Below, one piece after another: positions 35,403 to 51,806 of a stretch of 53,123 nt of DNA (the stretch's first letter is position 1; each line of letters begins with the position of its first letter). The translations under genes were made by a program, and so were the position numbers. Below the pieces are notes generated by a model, which saw nothing but the letters and a program-made list of their open reading frames with translations, was not told where the DNA came from and made no database searches. Origin of the DNA: Nemertoderma westbladi (lineage: Eukaryota > Animalia > Xenacoelomorpha); assembly GCA_032718475.1 (NCBI GenBank), contig JAUCBJ010000292.1:1-53123 (forward strand), in the 5' to 3' direction.

Positions 35403-36612
35403 CCGTAATTCGGGGTGACTTGATACATTGAGGTGACTTGATACAGCAAGTTATACTTTTTTTCTTTAACGGATTGTGGGTGATTGCGTGATGTTATGAT
35501 AAAAATTGAAATATTAGAAGATGTCTGAATAAATTGTCTATCAAATAGTAAAATAAATTTTGTCATTGCTTCGCATTTGTGATCTCTAGAGCCAAGAATG
35601 CATTGTTCAAAAATTCACTTTTTTTCAAAGTCAAAATATAGGTCGAATTTTTGACACTTTGGGTTAATGTTGTTAAAAAATTATTTTTACAGATGCTAAT
35701 AGATGAGTTTGAATATTATGATCCTAAAAAAAATTTACAAATTTTTATATGAATTGGGGGTGGAGTGCCCGATTTTTGAAAGTGTGTCTCAAAATGGGGT
35801 GACTTGATACATATATATGGTATAATGTAGGCGAAAATGTTCTGATACCTGTGACTTAAACGTTGATTTTGCAAAATTTGTGCTTAAATCAGTAAATTCA
35901 TTGATTTAGTTTGCAGTTTTTTCTAAAATGTTTTGTCTTATTTACTGATGTCAGGATGTCACAATGCAATGAAAGTCTTTTTCGTTTTTAAACTTCAATT
36001 TAACTTGTTAAATATTGTTATATGTTAAATTTTCTAAAGTATTTTATCTTTACTTAAACCTTAAATTTGCAAAATTTGTGCTTAAATTCATTGTTTTAGT
36101 TTCCAGTTTTTTCTAAAATGTTTTGTCTTACTTACTGGTGTCAGGATGTCACTATACAATGAAGGTCATTTTCGTTTTTAAAGTGCAATTTAACTTGTTA
36201 AATATGAAATATTTTGCCATAAAAAATGGAGTTATTTTTAATTTTAGCTATAATTTTATATCCCCGTTAGGTGGGGACTTCGTTCTTTTTTTAAAATTTC
36301 CAAGATGTATCAAGTCACCCCCACACTGCCACACCTACAACATGATCAAAACTCATTCACAGAGTGGTATTATTGCGGAAAATTTGCTTGTGTATCAAGT
36401 CACCCCGTTATGTGGGGTGACTTGATACAGCTGGTTTTTACGAAAAAAACACCACTAGACTAAGCACCTGAAATAGTGCTTTAGTCTAGTGGTGTAGACA
36501 ATACTCATCCCGACTATAAAATTTTATTTTTATTCCATCTGTGTAGGATAAAAACTTCAGAAGATATTCACAGTTAAAGGCAAAAACTGTATCAAGTCAC
36601 CCCGAATTACGG
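35403..36612. mobile_element. pogo/Tigger-type MITE
   Basis: TIR CCGTAATTCGGGGTGACTTGATACA, TA TSD, and an internal ~200-bp duplication. Confidence 0.9.
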
Positions 36613-37156
36613 TAATTAACGCTGGTGATATTTTTTTTTCAAATAAAACAATGTATTCGATATAAAAACGTAACGGAAAACACTATTTTCCACTCATTTT
36701 CTTCAGCGAGATACAGATATTCTGCCCTCGTGTGTTGAGTTTTCCACTCGTTGGCATTTTAACACTCGCTTCGCTCGTGCTAAAAACCTGCCAACTCTTA
36801 TAAAACTCAAGGTACAGGTGTAGAGGTAGGCCCTACCAGTAGGCCTAATACTTGTGTAGGCCCTATAACAATTAGGCAGTTGGGCTTAACATACAGCTGT
36901 ACAGTTGGCTTATATAATTAAGTCATACTGTCATACTTAATAAAATTGTTAGCTGACGTACCGTAACATAATACTGTAATAACAATAGTCAGATAGTACC
37001 GGGCCTAGTTAAAATAAATTTTCAAATTCTCCGGAATTATGGTGAAATGATCTGGTTGTTTGAAGAATTGTAAATGACAATGAGAAATAAACGAGAGCGA
37101 AGCGAGCGAAATTTTTTTGTGTATTTTCGTGATTTCAATTAATTTGTGGTGCGCAT

Positions 37157-40009
37157 CAGTCTATTGAAAAGTTTTATTTTCTGCGCCGAACGCGGCGCCG
37201 GGTGCCAAAAATCCTGCGCCGGCTCTGAGCAAAACCACGCCGGGTGCAAAAAATCCTGCGCCGACTCTGTGCAAAACCACGCCGGGTGCAAAAATCCTGC
37301 GCCGGCTCTGTGCAATGCAAAATGGTGCGCTGGGTGAAAAATCTTCCACCAGGTCTTCAAAGCTGCACCGGGCTGACTGGTATAAAACATAAAATCTGCC
37401 TGTTATACTGTACAGTACCTGTAGTTTATTCGGTTATCTATAATACTGCAGCTGCACTAATCCGAGTTGTTACTTAAACGAACGAAAGTTGTGGGTGGGT
37501 GAAATGAAAATAAGGATACAGAGACGGAAAACCTTAATAAAGACAAATGCAACAAGTACAGTAGGTACGTTGTTTTGTTATTCCAAAAGTGTAACATTAC
37601 GAAACAACTACTTAAGAAACACTGCATGTAAATTTTTGTTGTCAAGTAAAGTGTACATTTTTTGAAATTACTCAAATGTTACAATATGAATTATAGAAAG
37701 AATATTAAATAGGCCTACTAAAAATTAAAGACTACTTCAGTAGGCCTAGTCCTTGTATTTATGTACTACGATCTACTTTATTACATACTACGTACTGTGG
37801 TCCTATACGTCTATGCTACAGATACGGTATGTCTGAATGAATAATGACTAGCTGTATGTTATGTTATGTTATTAATATCGCCAGAATAACAATAACATAT
37901 TAATTTTTGCACATGTACGTACACGTACAGTAGATTAAAATAAAATGAACATATATCTGCAAAGTACGCTAATAAGCGTATGTACTATTGTAAGAAAAAT
38001 ACGGATAATGGTATTCAGGTAAAATTAGTAAAATAATTAAAATTATAGTTTATTTACAGTACTTACAGTTGGTGCATATTAATTATTTAGAAAAAATGAA
38101 ATTACAGAAAAATTAAATTAAAAACCGGCAAAGCATACTTACAGTAGGTTCAAGGGCTTCAACAACATACAGTACCAAAGGCAAACATATTAATAAGGAC
38201 AAGTTTACAATACTCTATAGGATACAACACAACGATACGTAGTTATACGGAACATAAATTTGGTACCGTAGGTATGTCGCATAAGTAAAATATTACTGCT
38301 GAAATAAAACGTGCAAAGTAAAGTAACTACAACAGATAGGATAACAATTAAACATAAAAAAACACTATTTTAAAATTTAACACAAAAAAAGTTTATTGGG
38401 ATTGAAAAATGAAAATAATAGGTACTGTAGCTAGATTTTAGTAAAGATATCGTTGTATCCGAAAGATATCGCTTTCGCTACTGCCACTTGGGGCACAGGA
38501 GTATCACTATATATTCATTTTAAAGGACATTTCGCAGTCTAGTCTCAATATGCTCAATCATGGAGTACCAAGGGTATTACGTGCATTAACAACACTTTCC
38601 GGTAATGGTAAAGGATTCCAAATGTTTGCAACGCTGTCTGCAAAGTTGTTGCGTGTTAGCATTGGTGGAGTTAGGAACGAAACTGCTCAAATTTGTCAAT
38701 CCCGTTGATAAACTTGTATGTTATTATAAGGTCGGCTAGTACACGGCGATATATTAATGTCGGCAGTTTGAGTGCAAGTAGTCGGTTTTCATATTACAAC
38801 TCAGCCAGCGATAGTACAACTGTACATGTACAAGGCGAGTGACCACACGGTGTTGTACTTGTTGAAGACGTTCAATATTTATCATGTCGGAGGAATGACG
38901 AACAAACAACTTTGTCGTATTCAAGGAGAGGCCGAACAAGGGATTTGTATAACAGGGTCAGAGGGTAAACATCGGAGCTTCCAAATATGTAAAAGTTCTT
39001 CATATTAAATGTACGACTCGCATGGCGCGGGCTGCAGTCTTTGTGCAGTGAGCTGTGATGCTGTGAAAGACAAGTCTGGTGTAAATGTAATTCCAAAATC
39101 ACGTTCCTCGGTTGCCGATAGAAGTGTCCATCCATTCATTGTGTAAAACGTTGCTTGGGGATTTCTAGAACATAGATGTATGCATGACCTTGCACTTGGA
39201 GTCATTGAACTGAAATTTCCAATGGCTACACATGTGTGTCGGTAATAAATTGTTTCATTATCAATAGTGCCATAGTATAAGTCGTTTTGTTTTATTCACT
39301 GTTCAACTTCATTCTGTCTGCCTGTTTTATTATATGTGCAGTTTTATTTATACGCTTCTATGACAGCGACAGCGGTGTCTCCATCCAAATAATATAATAT
39401 AATATAAATATAGCTTATACAATCAGACAATACAGCAATATTATGTAAATAAATAAACTGACTATGACCAATAGCAATAATGACTGATCAGCTGATAGCT
39501 GGAACTGTGATAGCCTACCTGCCTACTGCATAACAGCATAAGGTTAAATACGTAAATAAATGACCAGTTGCAGTCAGCCAGTGCTGCAGTGTGAGTTTCC
39601 TTTTCTGCCTCCTGCATGGCCAGTTGTTATTGTGTTGCTGTGCTGTTCTGCTGTTGGTCTGATGAACGCATGTCTGCTGTCTCAGTCTCACTGTCTGCCT
39701 GGTGCTAGGTTCGGCTGATTTCTGCGCCAGGCAAATATGTATACGCCGGGTGTGCTGGGCTGATTCCTGCTCCGGCGCCGGGTCAATTTCTGCAGCGTCG
39801 ACGCCGGGAATATTTCGACGCCTGCTGCGCCGAGCGCAGCATCTCTACCATTGCCAGTGCTCCGCCGGCTATGCCGGCGTAGCACATCTCTGCGCCGACC
39901 CTTCCGGCTCATTGCCCGGCGTAGCACATTTCTGCGCCAGCTCCCGGCGCAAGTTATAGTGCTGCGCCGAACGTGCTCGGCGTACATGTAAAACTTTTCA
40001 ATAGGGCTG
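37157..40009. mobile_element. Non-autonomous TIR element with GC-rich GCGCCG subterminal repeats
   Basis: CTATTGAAAAGTTTTA is inverted at 37161 and ~39989-40004, with CAG termini. TSD not recognisable. Confidence 0.6.
38540..39230 (-). mobile_element. CR1/L2-type LINE 3' fragment
   Basis: Minus-strand EERDFGI, LYKSLVRPLLEY, QQVQHRVVTRLV and IWNPLPESVV; frameshifted. Confidence 0.8.
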
Positions 40010-40169
40010 TAGGGGATCAGAGCTGCGCGCTTAGGCGCAACGCGCATCTGTCTCACCCAAACGCGCAACTCGCGCATCTGGTTCGCGGTCATTCGCGCAG
40101 GTACCGGTACGCGTCCGTGTTTTGCAGCATGAATTCCAACCTGGCAGACTGTTCCTCTTTGAGAATGTA

Positions 40170-42177
40170 CCGTAGAACTGGGTAACTTTGGCCTGTCAAG
40201 GTAACTTTGGCCTTTTTTGGGAAAGGACTGTAGGGTGCCTTTTTTCTAACTAAGAAGTATGAAAACATAATTTTTTTGCACTGATTTGAAGAAAAACTTA
40301 TCCTTGTCTTGTTTTTCGTATATTTATTACTACAACAGACATATAAAATCTACAAACGGATCATTTAAATTGTGGTGTTATTTTGCTACTTTAAGAACCC
40401 TTCCAAACTTCGCCTGTGCAGTCTGACTAGGATTAACTGAGTAAACAAATTGTGGTCGGGGTTCATGGGCATATTATCATGACTACGTTGAGTAGTTTTC
40501 TTGAGCATTCCATTTTATTTTCACTAGGATCTTCGTAGGTCAAAGTTAGACTGCCTAAAATTGCTTAATATTGGGTAACTTTGTCCTATCATTTTACTGC
40601 GTCTATCATTGGCCTGCTACCACCTGTACACTGTACAGGTACAACTCGCAGCATATCATACCATCTACGGTACACATACCACTCACTCACTAGGCACCTT
40701 GGCCATCAATCAGTCAGTAAAGCATACAATGTACATTCCATATCAGCCTTATTATCTATCCATCGAGTACCACTCCAATAGGTAGCGTAATAATATTTTC
40801 AACTTTATTTGTCTTATTACTGTATTATGACGTATTAAACTGTAAACTGCGATTTCATTCTGTTTTGTCACGAGATTCTCCTTGAAGTTAGATGTTATTT
40901 ATTTTCTTGTCGTCGGGCTAGTCTTGTCAACGACCTCTGTTTCTACTTCTAGTGAGATCTTCGACGGTGATACAGATGCAGCTACCGGTAATGAGATTAG
41001 TAACGATGGAGTAACGATTAGTAGCAATAAAGTCGCGATTATTAAAGATGAATTGACTCTTTGTAGTTTGTGCAATGATTTAAATCCTCCTAATCATCCT
41101 AAGAGATATTTAATCGACTGGGAAGCTGTGACACTAATGATTGTGTTGTGACAAGTGGTACCATGCTATCTGCGTGGAGAGATCTGTTGGCAAGGGAAAG
41201 GAAGCTAGAGATGTTTGTGCTCATGCACATACCAGTAATGAGAACAGAACAACTGACAATGAACTGCATGACGATAGTCCCTTAACTTAATGCAGGACAT
41301 CGCTTCTCTCCAATATATCTAAGTGAGTTGCACACTGAACTGTTGAAGACGCCAATACATTGCAATAGACTTCATTTATATACTGTTCTACTTTTGTATG
41401 ATCCAGCCAGCCTGGACTAATAGGTCAGTGTCACGTTTTATTTTCAATGTATGTTTTTTAAATCTAATTTTGCAATAAATCTTGTGCTAATTATGTCTGT
41501 ATAATGCTATGTGTGTGTATAGTATACTTTCAGTGTCTTTTGTATTATATTACTGGTATTTAGTGCCGTTTCAATATATTTTTTCAATCTAAATTTGCAA
41601 TAAATCTTGTGCTAATTATTTCTGTATAATGCTGTATACTTTCAGTGTATTTTGTATTATATTACATTATATTAGTGTCGTTTCAATGTATTATTTCAAT
41701 CTTCATAAATACTTCTTGTCTGTCAGTCTGTTGTCTGTATATTTGTACTTGTATGCCTATTATTGTACTTGTGTATGTAATGATCTTTGTGCTAATTATA
41801 TTTGGATATGCTGTTTGCATCGGTGTCTTATATAGCCTAAATTTTTAGGCTCTGTTTTCTTTTTTTAAAAACATTCAACTAGGCCAATGTTAGCATTATG
41901 GAGGGGTTTCTTTAGCTAAAGATGGAATATGTGCTTACTACAACGACACAATATAGTGATAGGCCAATGTTAGCCTTTCTCAGGGTAACATTGGCCTACT
42001 CGAGAAATTAAAAAAAAAGCAACCTCACAACCTCTGAGGTCGGTTGCAAGGTTGCTCTATGTAAAATACACCTCGGACTTATGGTTTTAAAACCATAAAA
42101 ACATTATTTATTTTGAGTTCGTTTGACAGGCCTTGCATTGAATGTAAAAATTAGGCCAAAGTTACCCTGTTCTACGG
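40170..42177 (+). mobile_element. pogo-like deletion derivative with a PHD-finger remnant
   Basis: TIR CCGTAGAACWGGGTAACTTTGGCCT with TA TSD. CSLC...IDW...CDKWYHAICV lies at ~41060-41180. Confidence 0.85.
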
Positions 42178-42222
42178 TATAGGCCTAGAATGTACCAGTA
42201 CCTGTACTGTTATTTAATTTGA

Positions 42223-43467
<1,245 letters not shown>

Positions 43468-45373
43468 TAATTTTGTTAACTGGTTCCCCGGACAATAGCC
43501 CCCACTCCCCACACACACAAACTAAAGAGATTTAAACACTTAGTGAAATAATAAACAATCATTATCTATAATATATATATATTGTACTAAAAAAAAGTTA
43601 AATTATAGAAAAAAAGCCTATCGGTTTTCGTCGAAAAATATATACCAAAAAGTATAGCTAAAATTTAGTTCAAATAAAATTAATTCCTAAAAACTAATTC
43701 GATGGAATTAAATAGAAATAGAAACGTATCTTTGTGAAATGGTAATCAATTGTAACTGGTAACTGAATGTAAATCGGCCTAGAACAATGATATGCAATGT
43801 TCATACATTCAACAAAATCCAATTAGCTGTACAAATTTCAGTGATATAATATAATTGATCGTCATGTAGACTAAATTTGGTTTAAACTGGCCTACTAATG
43901 GGGGTAGGTTTTTTTGGCGCTAAATATGGTCCCAATGCCATTACACACGGCCGTGGTCCATTGCCAGGAAGATCGACGACGTCAGCAGCGTTAAATGCAT
44001 GGCATACGGTTCAGCATACCAACATTTTCGAATATTTGTAGAACTAGTAGATAGGTACAGAAGCTCTATCAGTCTATAGTACCAGAGAAATTATAATTAT
44101 TTAAAAAATTATATAGGCCTAACTAGGTAGAATATTGAAAGTGATTTTTCTTTGAAAATTGACCAATTATTAATTGGCATAATTTCTTCCAGTTTAATTA
44201 ATTATCCAATTAATGTAAATATGCCTAATTTAATTATAATTATAAATGTATTTGTCTCAATCAATTTTAAAATCAAATCCCCAATAAATTAATTTGGGTC
44301 AATTAATTCCCTCCTCAATTAATTATTGACAGGCCTCATAGTGCAGTATCGGGATTAAAAAAAGTATTGAAATAGCTAGGATTTATTCAATACGGTATGT
44401 TGTCTATTTGAATTAAAATGAAAAAAGAATGAATTTGAAAAAAATACGGAAAATAATAATCATAAATTGTGTATGTGACGCAATACAAATGTTGGTCGAA
44501 GGTAAATTTCTTAATTACAACTAATTACCGGTAGGTATCTCAAATTTGGCTTGATATGTTTGGGATCTACTAAAACTCTATACCGGTACTAAAGGTTCAC
44601 AGCCAGAATAATCAATACAGTATTTGTAGTTGCGACCTGAATATTTTTTTACTGAATCCAGTTTGTTGACACGGGAATCTTGTATTTATATTTAGGAGCC
44701 TATCAATATTAATATCCATATAAAAAAGTTTTAGGATAAATGTCCGGTATTAAAAATAAATTAAATTAAATTGTCCGGTATATATATACGTCATGGTTAC
44801 TGCAGGTAGGCGGCCTAAGTAACGGTACTAATATATACCGGAAATGTATTCGGTTTTTAGTGCTTTTAAGAAATATAGCCTAGTAAATCGTTTGTGTGGG
44901 CCTATGTATCCTCATATATCCCTCCTACATATAAAGTGAGCAGTTTTATCCTGATGAAATGTTTTCGTAAAACTTTTAAATATTTTATATAGTACTGACA
45001 ATTAAATGATTAGTACCGGTACTTAAAGTTTTATTTATTGTTGCAAGTCCTATGATACTTATAGTGCTGAGTACCACATTTATATTTTAACCAAACACCT
45101 TTTTGGTGAAATCAAAAGTATAGGCCTATAGGCCTAATTTACATTAACTCCCCGAGACAATAATCCGTTTGAGTTGGCATATTGAGTTCAGTCCCCCCAC
45201 TCCCCGTCCTGTCTCACCCAACCACACCCTGATGTTGGGCAGCATTTAAAGCACTGTGCCCAAATAGTGCTGCCCCATTTAGGGATAGAACCAGGGCTCC
45301 CTAATTGGAAGCCCAGGAATGTCACACCCTAGACCAAGCTTTTGCTTAATATATATAATTAAAAAACCGGTGA

Positions 45374-45940
<567 letters not shown>

Positions 45941-48234
45941 CTGTATACCGCTACCGGTAGCTCTCTATACCGGTAGCTCTATATACCGGTAGCTGAATAA
46001 TCGGTAGCTCTTATGTCGCTATCTAATCTATACTAGTGCTATCCTATATTGGTCATTTATACGGAAGCTTAACAATCAATCATCATTATATAACTTTTTT
46101 GGTCAATTTATCATTTAAATATATATACACCATGTCACGTTGTATGGGGATGGGATGAATTAAATACATCGCCTTCCTTTCTAATCCGACTAACAAACAA
46201 TCAGTTATATAGATAGACAGTCTATAAACTTTATTAGTAACAAACAAACATTTTAAGTTTTGCTCGGTAAGGTTTAATCTTTAAAAGCATATCTAAAACA
46301 TATTTTCCGTGCTCTCCGCTGCCGTCAAATAAATATATATATTTCAAAAATTATTAAAAAACCGTTATTTAATCACTAATGAATGAGACATGGTGTATAT
46401 TCACTCAAAGGAAACTTGAATTTAATTATATTGGCCTCTATGCTGAAAGGGATTCGATATTTTGAAGTCCCTCAATGGCTTTTTAATGTAGATAAGATTG
46501 ATATGACTGTATATATATAAAGTAACTACAGACATTGTCGGTGACATTGAAGGTAAAACCGCATGTAATATTACTACGTAAATATACTTTATGTAGTATG
46601 TATATTTAAAAAAAAATATATATATATATAAAACCGAGCGTCACGTTACATTTAAGTTTTAGTTGGAATTACGTTTGTATTTATATTTATCTGTTATATG
46701 CGCTTTGTAGAGTCTTCTACTATTAATTAATATACTCCGTGGTAATAATTAATTTTGTTCTGAAGTGGAAAAAAATGAGGAAGCACATCACCGGGGGTTG
46801 AACCAGCGCACTACACTTTTCATTTGTTCAACAACTTTCCCCTGACACTTTCTTGCTCATGTAATCCACTTTTATTGAACAGGCGGATGTTATAGTTAAA
46901 CAGGAGGGAAATAAAATATATATAGATCAAGTTTTGCTGCCACGCCAGGGTTTTTATAATAATTCAATTAATTGATTCTGGTTGATTTTATAATCTAAAT
47001 TTCGCAGTTACGTTTTCCTGATAATAATGCGCGTTAAATTGATTAACCATGTGAGTTTAACTTTCAGCAGTGTGAAAATATACACTGTATTTCATCCAGA
47101 TGTATATTTCTTAATTTTCCTTCAAGTTTAGTTTCATATTGGCTTTTTCCTCGAATAAAATTGCGATAAAAAACAAAGATTAACAAATTTACAACACCGA
47201 GCAGATGTTATCAAAACTTAATTAATATCTGAAATTCGCTCAAATTGTTATGCACATGAAGCATGGTGGTGCCGTTAAGTTTTAATTATATTGTAATCAA
47301 GTGTTTTTATTGTTCAGCATTTTGTGGTTTTCTGCGACTTTCTTCATAATTTTGTAATTTGCCTGAACCAGCTGTAATTATTGTGCAGGCAGACCCTAAT
47401 CCGGCCCTATTACACTCATTAATGTAATTCTCTCTGCATTTTTATGATTTTAGGCCTATATATTATACATTCAGGTACTATGAAATCAAATTATTACCGG
47501 TATCTCTGTTCTATTGTTTTTCCAATCCATCAGCCAAGGAGTGCTAAGTTGATATATAATATATAGTCAATAAATCTTCGGCTATATTGGACACTATAAT
47601 TATTAATGTCTGAATGTTATTTATCACTTTATTTGTTTGGTATACCACTTTATATACCTGTAACGAGGATTCTTAATACGGTTTGTAACTATTTTAATAA
47701 TTTCTTAATATTTTTTTGGGGGGGCGGAGGGAGGACTCACTGGCCGGATATACTTTAGGCGAGATAATTTTAAACTTCGTGGCAATTTATATCTCATTTT
47801 TACTAATCTTCAATTTATTTGTTGACTATTTTGCTGAATGTTTTTCGTTTAGCATGTCCGACTGTCTTTTTTAGACCTTTCCTTACAACAACTGTTTTTC
47901 GTTTAGCTTGTCTTCTTGCACTGTAATTAACGTGTTTGTTCTTTAGAGGACCTTCGGCTATATAATATCCTTTAAACTTTAAGTCGGCGGGATACTAACG
48001 AGCCAAAAGTTGCCGATCTCATTGGCCAACGTGTTAGTTTTAAGTTAATTTACGTTGTAAGTTAGTTGGTTGCCGTTATGGTTAACAACGTAATGTTTAG
48101 AAAAACGCTTAGAAAATAGTTGTTATTCCACAAAATGGCCTTTTTTTGCCAATTTATAATTGGAGTTTATTCAGGAATAAAGATTAATTGAGTGCCACAT
48201 GTTTCCTACAAACAGCATAAAGTGAAACAATGGC

Positions 48235-48615
48235 CTCTTTTTTCCTCTCGTCCTCTACTTTTTCCACGTTCTCTACTTTCCCTCGTCCTCTACTTTTTCC
48301 ACGTTCTCTACTTTCCCTCGCCCTCTACTTTTTCCACGTTCTCTACTTTTTTCCACGACCTCCACTTTTTTCCACGACCTCCACTTTTTTCCACGACCTC
48401 CACTTTTTTCCACGACCTCCACTTTTTTCCACGACCTCCACTTTTTTCCACGACCTCCACTTTTTTCCTCGACCGTCACTTTTTTCCACGTCCTCTAATT
48501 TTTCCCTCGCCCACTACTTTTTGCCTCCTCCTCTACATTTTTCCACCTCTCTTTTTCCATATCCTCTGCTTTTTTTTCTCGTCCTCCACTTTTTTCCCTT
48601 GTCCTCTACTTTTAT
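48235..48615. repeat. ~19-bp pyrimidine-rich minisatellite
   Basis: (TTTTTTCCACGACCTCCAC)n with degenerate flanks. Confidence 0.9.
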
Positions 48616-49425
48616 TTACAAAAAATGGCGAACAATTTACGTTAAAATACATTACAAATTTACCTTTGGTGAAAAAGCATTTTTCTGGAGTAAAATTACG
48701 TATTACATGGCAAACAAATTGCTTTTTCAGTTTGTTTTAACAAGTAGTTTGATACAGTTTGGTGTATTTCGCCTGCCACATACAGACAGTTATAAATCGT
48801 TTGATACTTTTGTTTATAGTTAATTATTATATAATTATTAGTCTTGTGAATTATTAAAATAAATATGTATATATAATACTGTAGTTGTAGTGAATAAAGA
48901 TCTCATTGCAGTTGTTTAATATATGAATATCAACACTGACTAATTAATAGTATCGATATTAATTTATCTTTATTACAATATGTTCGCCAGCCTGCCATTA
49001 ATCAAACAGTTAGTGATATTACTCATAACTAGGTTCATTTGAACCTCAATTATTTAAATAAACTCAACTTTATTAAACGGAGTGAAAATATGTAGCGTTA
49101 GGTTAGCATGTTTTTTATTATAAATTCTTCAGATTTTATCTCGCGTTGTCTTCGTTTTTCTCTCCAACTACCATTGGAACCTTCCTGTGCTAGGTTTATA
49201 CTGTTGTAGTTGATAGTTAACTTGTAACTTAACGATTGATGTTACGATATTATATTCTTCTGAAGCCGTTATTTTACGTCATAAATCGATTCAGTTCTCA
49301 AGTTGATTTGGCTAATTTGTGTTCATTAAGCAATTCATATTGACCTCGGTTCGTGATTTCCAAATGCTTTGAAATGTAGTCCGTCATCCATTACCCGCCA
49401 TTACATTTTGCAGACGGTTGGGTTC

Positions 49426-49807
49426 TAGTGTTCAAACTGATCCCGATCCCGAAAAACCAGGATCTCTGCGAAAAATGCAATCCCGGTCTCGACTTTTTTT
49501 TGGACCGGGATCCCGAAGTAAATATAGTTAAGTAAATTTCTTGAATATATCTGATAAATAGTTCCAGCAGAAATGATGTTTTGATTACATCGAATGTTTA
49601 TGTCAGTTAACCATCCAGTTGTAAAATAGTCTTAATATAACTTTATCTTACTAATATTTTAGAAGTGTAAAATAAAGTGAGTGTAACACCCAAAACCCGC
49701 TTCATATACTGTTAACTTTGAGGAATTTAATCAAAAAATACAATCCCGATCCCGAGAATGATAATCCCGGTTCAAATCCCGGAAAGTCTGATCCCATTTA
49801 AACACTA
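49426..49807. mobile_element. MITE with GATCCC subterminal motifs
   Basis: TAGTGTTCAAA...TTTAAACACTA termini; only a 4-bp GTTC flanking repeat. Confidence 0.5.
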
Positions 49808-50274
49808 GTTCATACACAACTTGGTGATTCCAGAAACTGGTTAATAAAGTAATTATAAAGTGTTGTTTGGGCTTGGTTTCCCACATGCGCTCTCAACTTT
49901 CAGCAATCAAATAATAAAATATTGATCATAAAGTGCAGTTAAGTATGTTCATAAATAAATAATCAAAAATCCAAAATGCACTTTCTCTTATTGGGAAGTT
50001 CTTTAATATCATCACGTCAATAAGTAAGTAGGTGGGGGGGGGGGGGTGTGATCGGTTAATATAACTTATGCCGTCATTAATAGCACGTGACACATTAAAT
50101 GCACAAAATATAATGCGGATAACAGGGGTGTTGAGTGTTGTCAATGGATCTTAACGCCTACATAATAGGGTGCGGTATGTTTTACTAAATTTACTTTAAA
50201 TGACCGCAATCATGTTAAAACATGATTGCGGTATGCATGCATGCAGTACTCCATTCGTCTGGGGAAGTTGTTAC

Positions 50275-50370
50275 AGCCGTAGCCTTGAATTCAGGTCGAG
50301 GTCGTGGGTTCGATCCCCGATGGGGGGGGGGGGGGGGGGCACGGGATTTTTCATCCCGTCATGAATGCTT
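50275..50370 (+). mobile_element. tRNA-derived SINE relic
   Basis: GAGGTCGTGGGTTCGATCCC B-box, similar to 2262-2343. Confidence 0.45.
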
Positions 50371-51806
50371 TTTAGAGAAAATAAAACTGAAAACTGATGT
50401 TCTATAAAACTGAAATAATTCGGGGAATTTATGTTGAATGTCACACTCATATAGTAATACATTGAAATGCAACACAACCGTTTTGAAATTCTGAATCTAG
50501 AAATGTTATATTTGTAATGATTTTACGACGGTCATTAAGGTATATAAATTTTTCGTTACATTTTTTTGTGTCATGATTGATCGTCTTTGTCTTCTGGTCA
50601 GGGTAGGCGTCTACAATCTTGTGACAGATTAAGATCTAAAATCCATGACCTCATATTTGCACGACTCCTACTTACTTGAAAATGGGAAACCGATGTTTTT
50701 TACTTTGATGAATAATCGAAGGTAATAATAATATGGTGTAGCCATTGCTTATCCGTAGCTTGGGATGTATAGAGTGTTGTTATTGAGTGTTCATTTTTAA
50801 GTGTCTCCCTGTTGGGTTGGTAGGTTCACAAATTTTCAACACCACCTAGCTATTTTGTTCTAAGGTCTTTATACAAGGTCATAATCACACTACCTTATAT
50901 TTAATAAATATGCATCAAATTGATCAATATTTTTCTCAATTGTTTAGTGCTGGAAGTTGTAATGGTCTGTCCATGTGTTAACCGTGTCTAACAACTCTCA
51001 TATTTGATCGATTCATGTGCTGCGCGATGGGTTAACGTGTAATAATTGAAAAAATTCCAGATTTGAAATTTAAATTTTCAGATTGCCCGATGTGATTAAT
51101 AAGAATAACCACAAAATTAGGACCGGGAATTGTAAATCGATTTAGCTGATGTACAAATTCTTTATACTGATTTTAATAAATTGTAGAAAAAAATATAAAA
51201 CAATAAATGGGGTAATTCACATTGGGCAAAATCGTAATAATTATTTAGTGTAGTAGTTAATTTGTTTTAGTTAGATACAGCCAAGCAGACTATTAAGTTT
51301 ATTACAGTAACTTGAAGTTTCAATAACTAGTAATTTATAATATGTTTATTACATTATTTTATCTTTAATTATAATCCCTCAATACATAATAAACTATCAT
51401 CAATTATATAATATAATAATATCATTTCATTTCTTTGATATATAAGTTGTGAAATATATAATGTTCTGATGCAGTTTTAATGTTTTTTTTGTTTCTTGTT
51501 GTTTTATCTAAAACTGTTAGCATTGTATTTGTTATAATAATTTAACTAGTGTATTGTTTAATAAATAAATACGACAAATTGTTGCTGCGATTTTCACAAT
51601 TTTATTTATTTCTTAACTACAATTTATTAAAATTTTCCAGAAAAATTTTAAGTAAAGAAACTGGCGTACATTGTGGTCTCAAATTCGGTAATTTGCTACT
51701 CCGACACCGGCAGCCGCATGCAATAAGTTAACCGCAGGTGGGGGTAAATGTGACGATAATTAACCATAGCTTTCAATCACCTTCAGGTTTTGGTAAAATC
51801 CATATG

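Larger units (their letters stand above)
8743..40144. mobile_element. Outermost non-autonomous DNA transposon (P-like?), expanded to 31 kb by nested insertions
   Basis: Perfect 18-bp TIR CCAGGTTGGAATTCATGC...GCATGAATTCCAACCTGG. The 7-bp direct repeat CAGACTG lies on both flanks (8736-8742, 40145-40151), and CGCGCA motifs are subterminal at both ends. Confidence 0.6.

Noticed and set aside
47505-47555. Possible extra terminal GRK exon after a polypyrimidine-CAG acceptor
   Set aside because: It needs a weak donor (AG|GTGGTA) and adds only a few residues with no recognisable motif; unsupported without transcripts.
48192-48823. Phe-rich 182 and 197 aa ORFs
   Set aside because: Translations of a pyrimidine-rich minisatellite.
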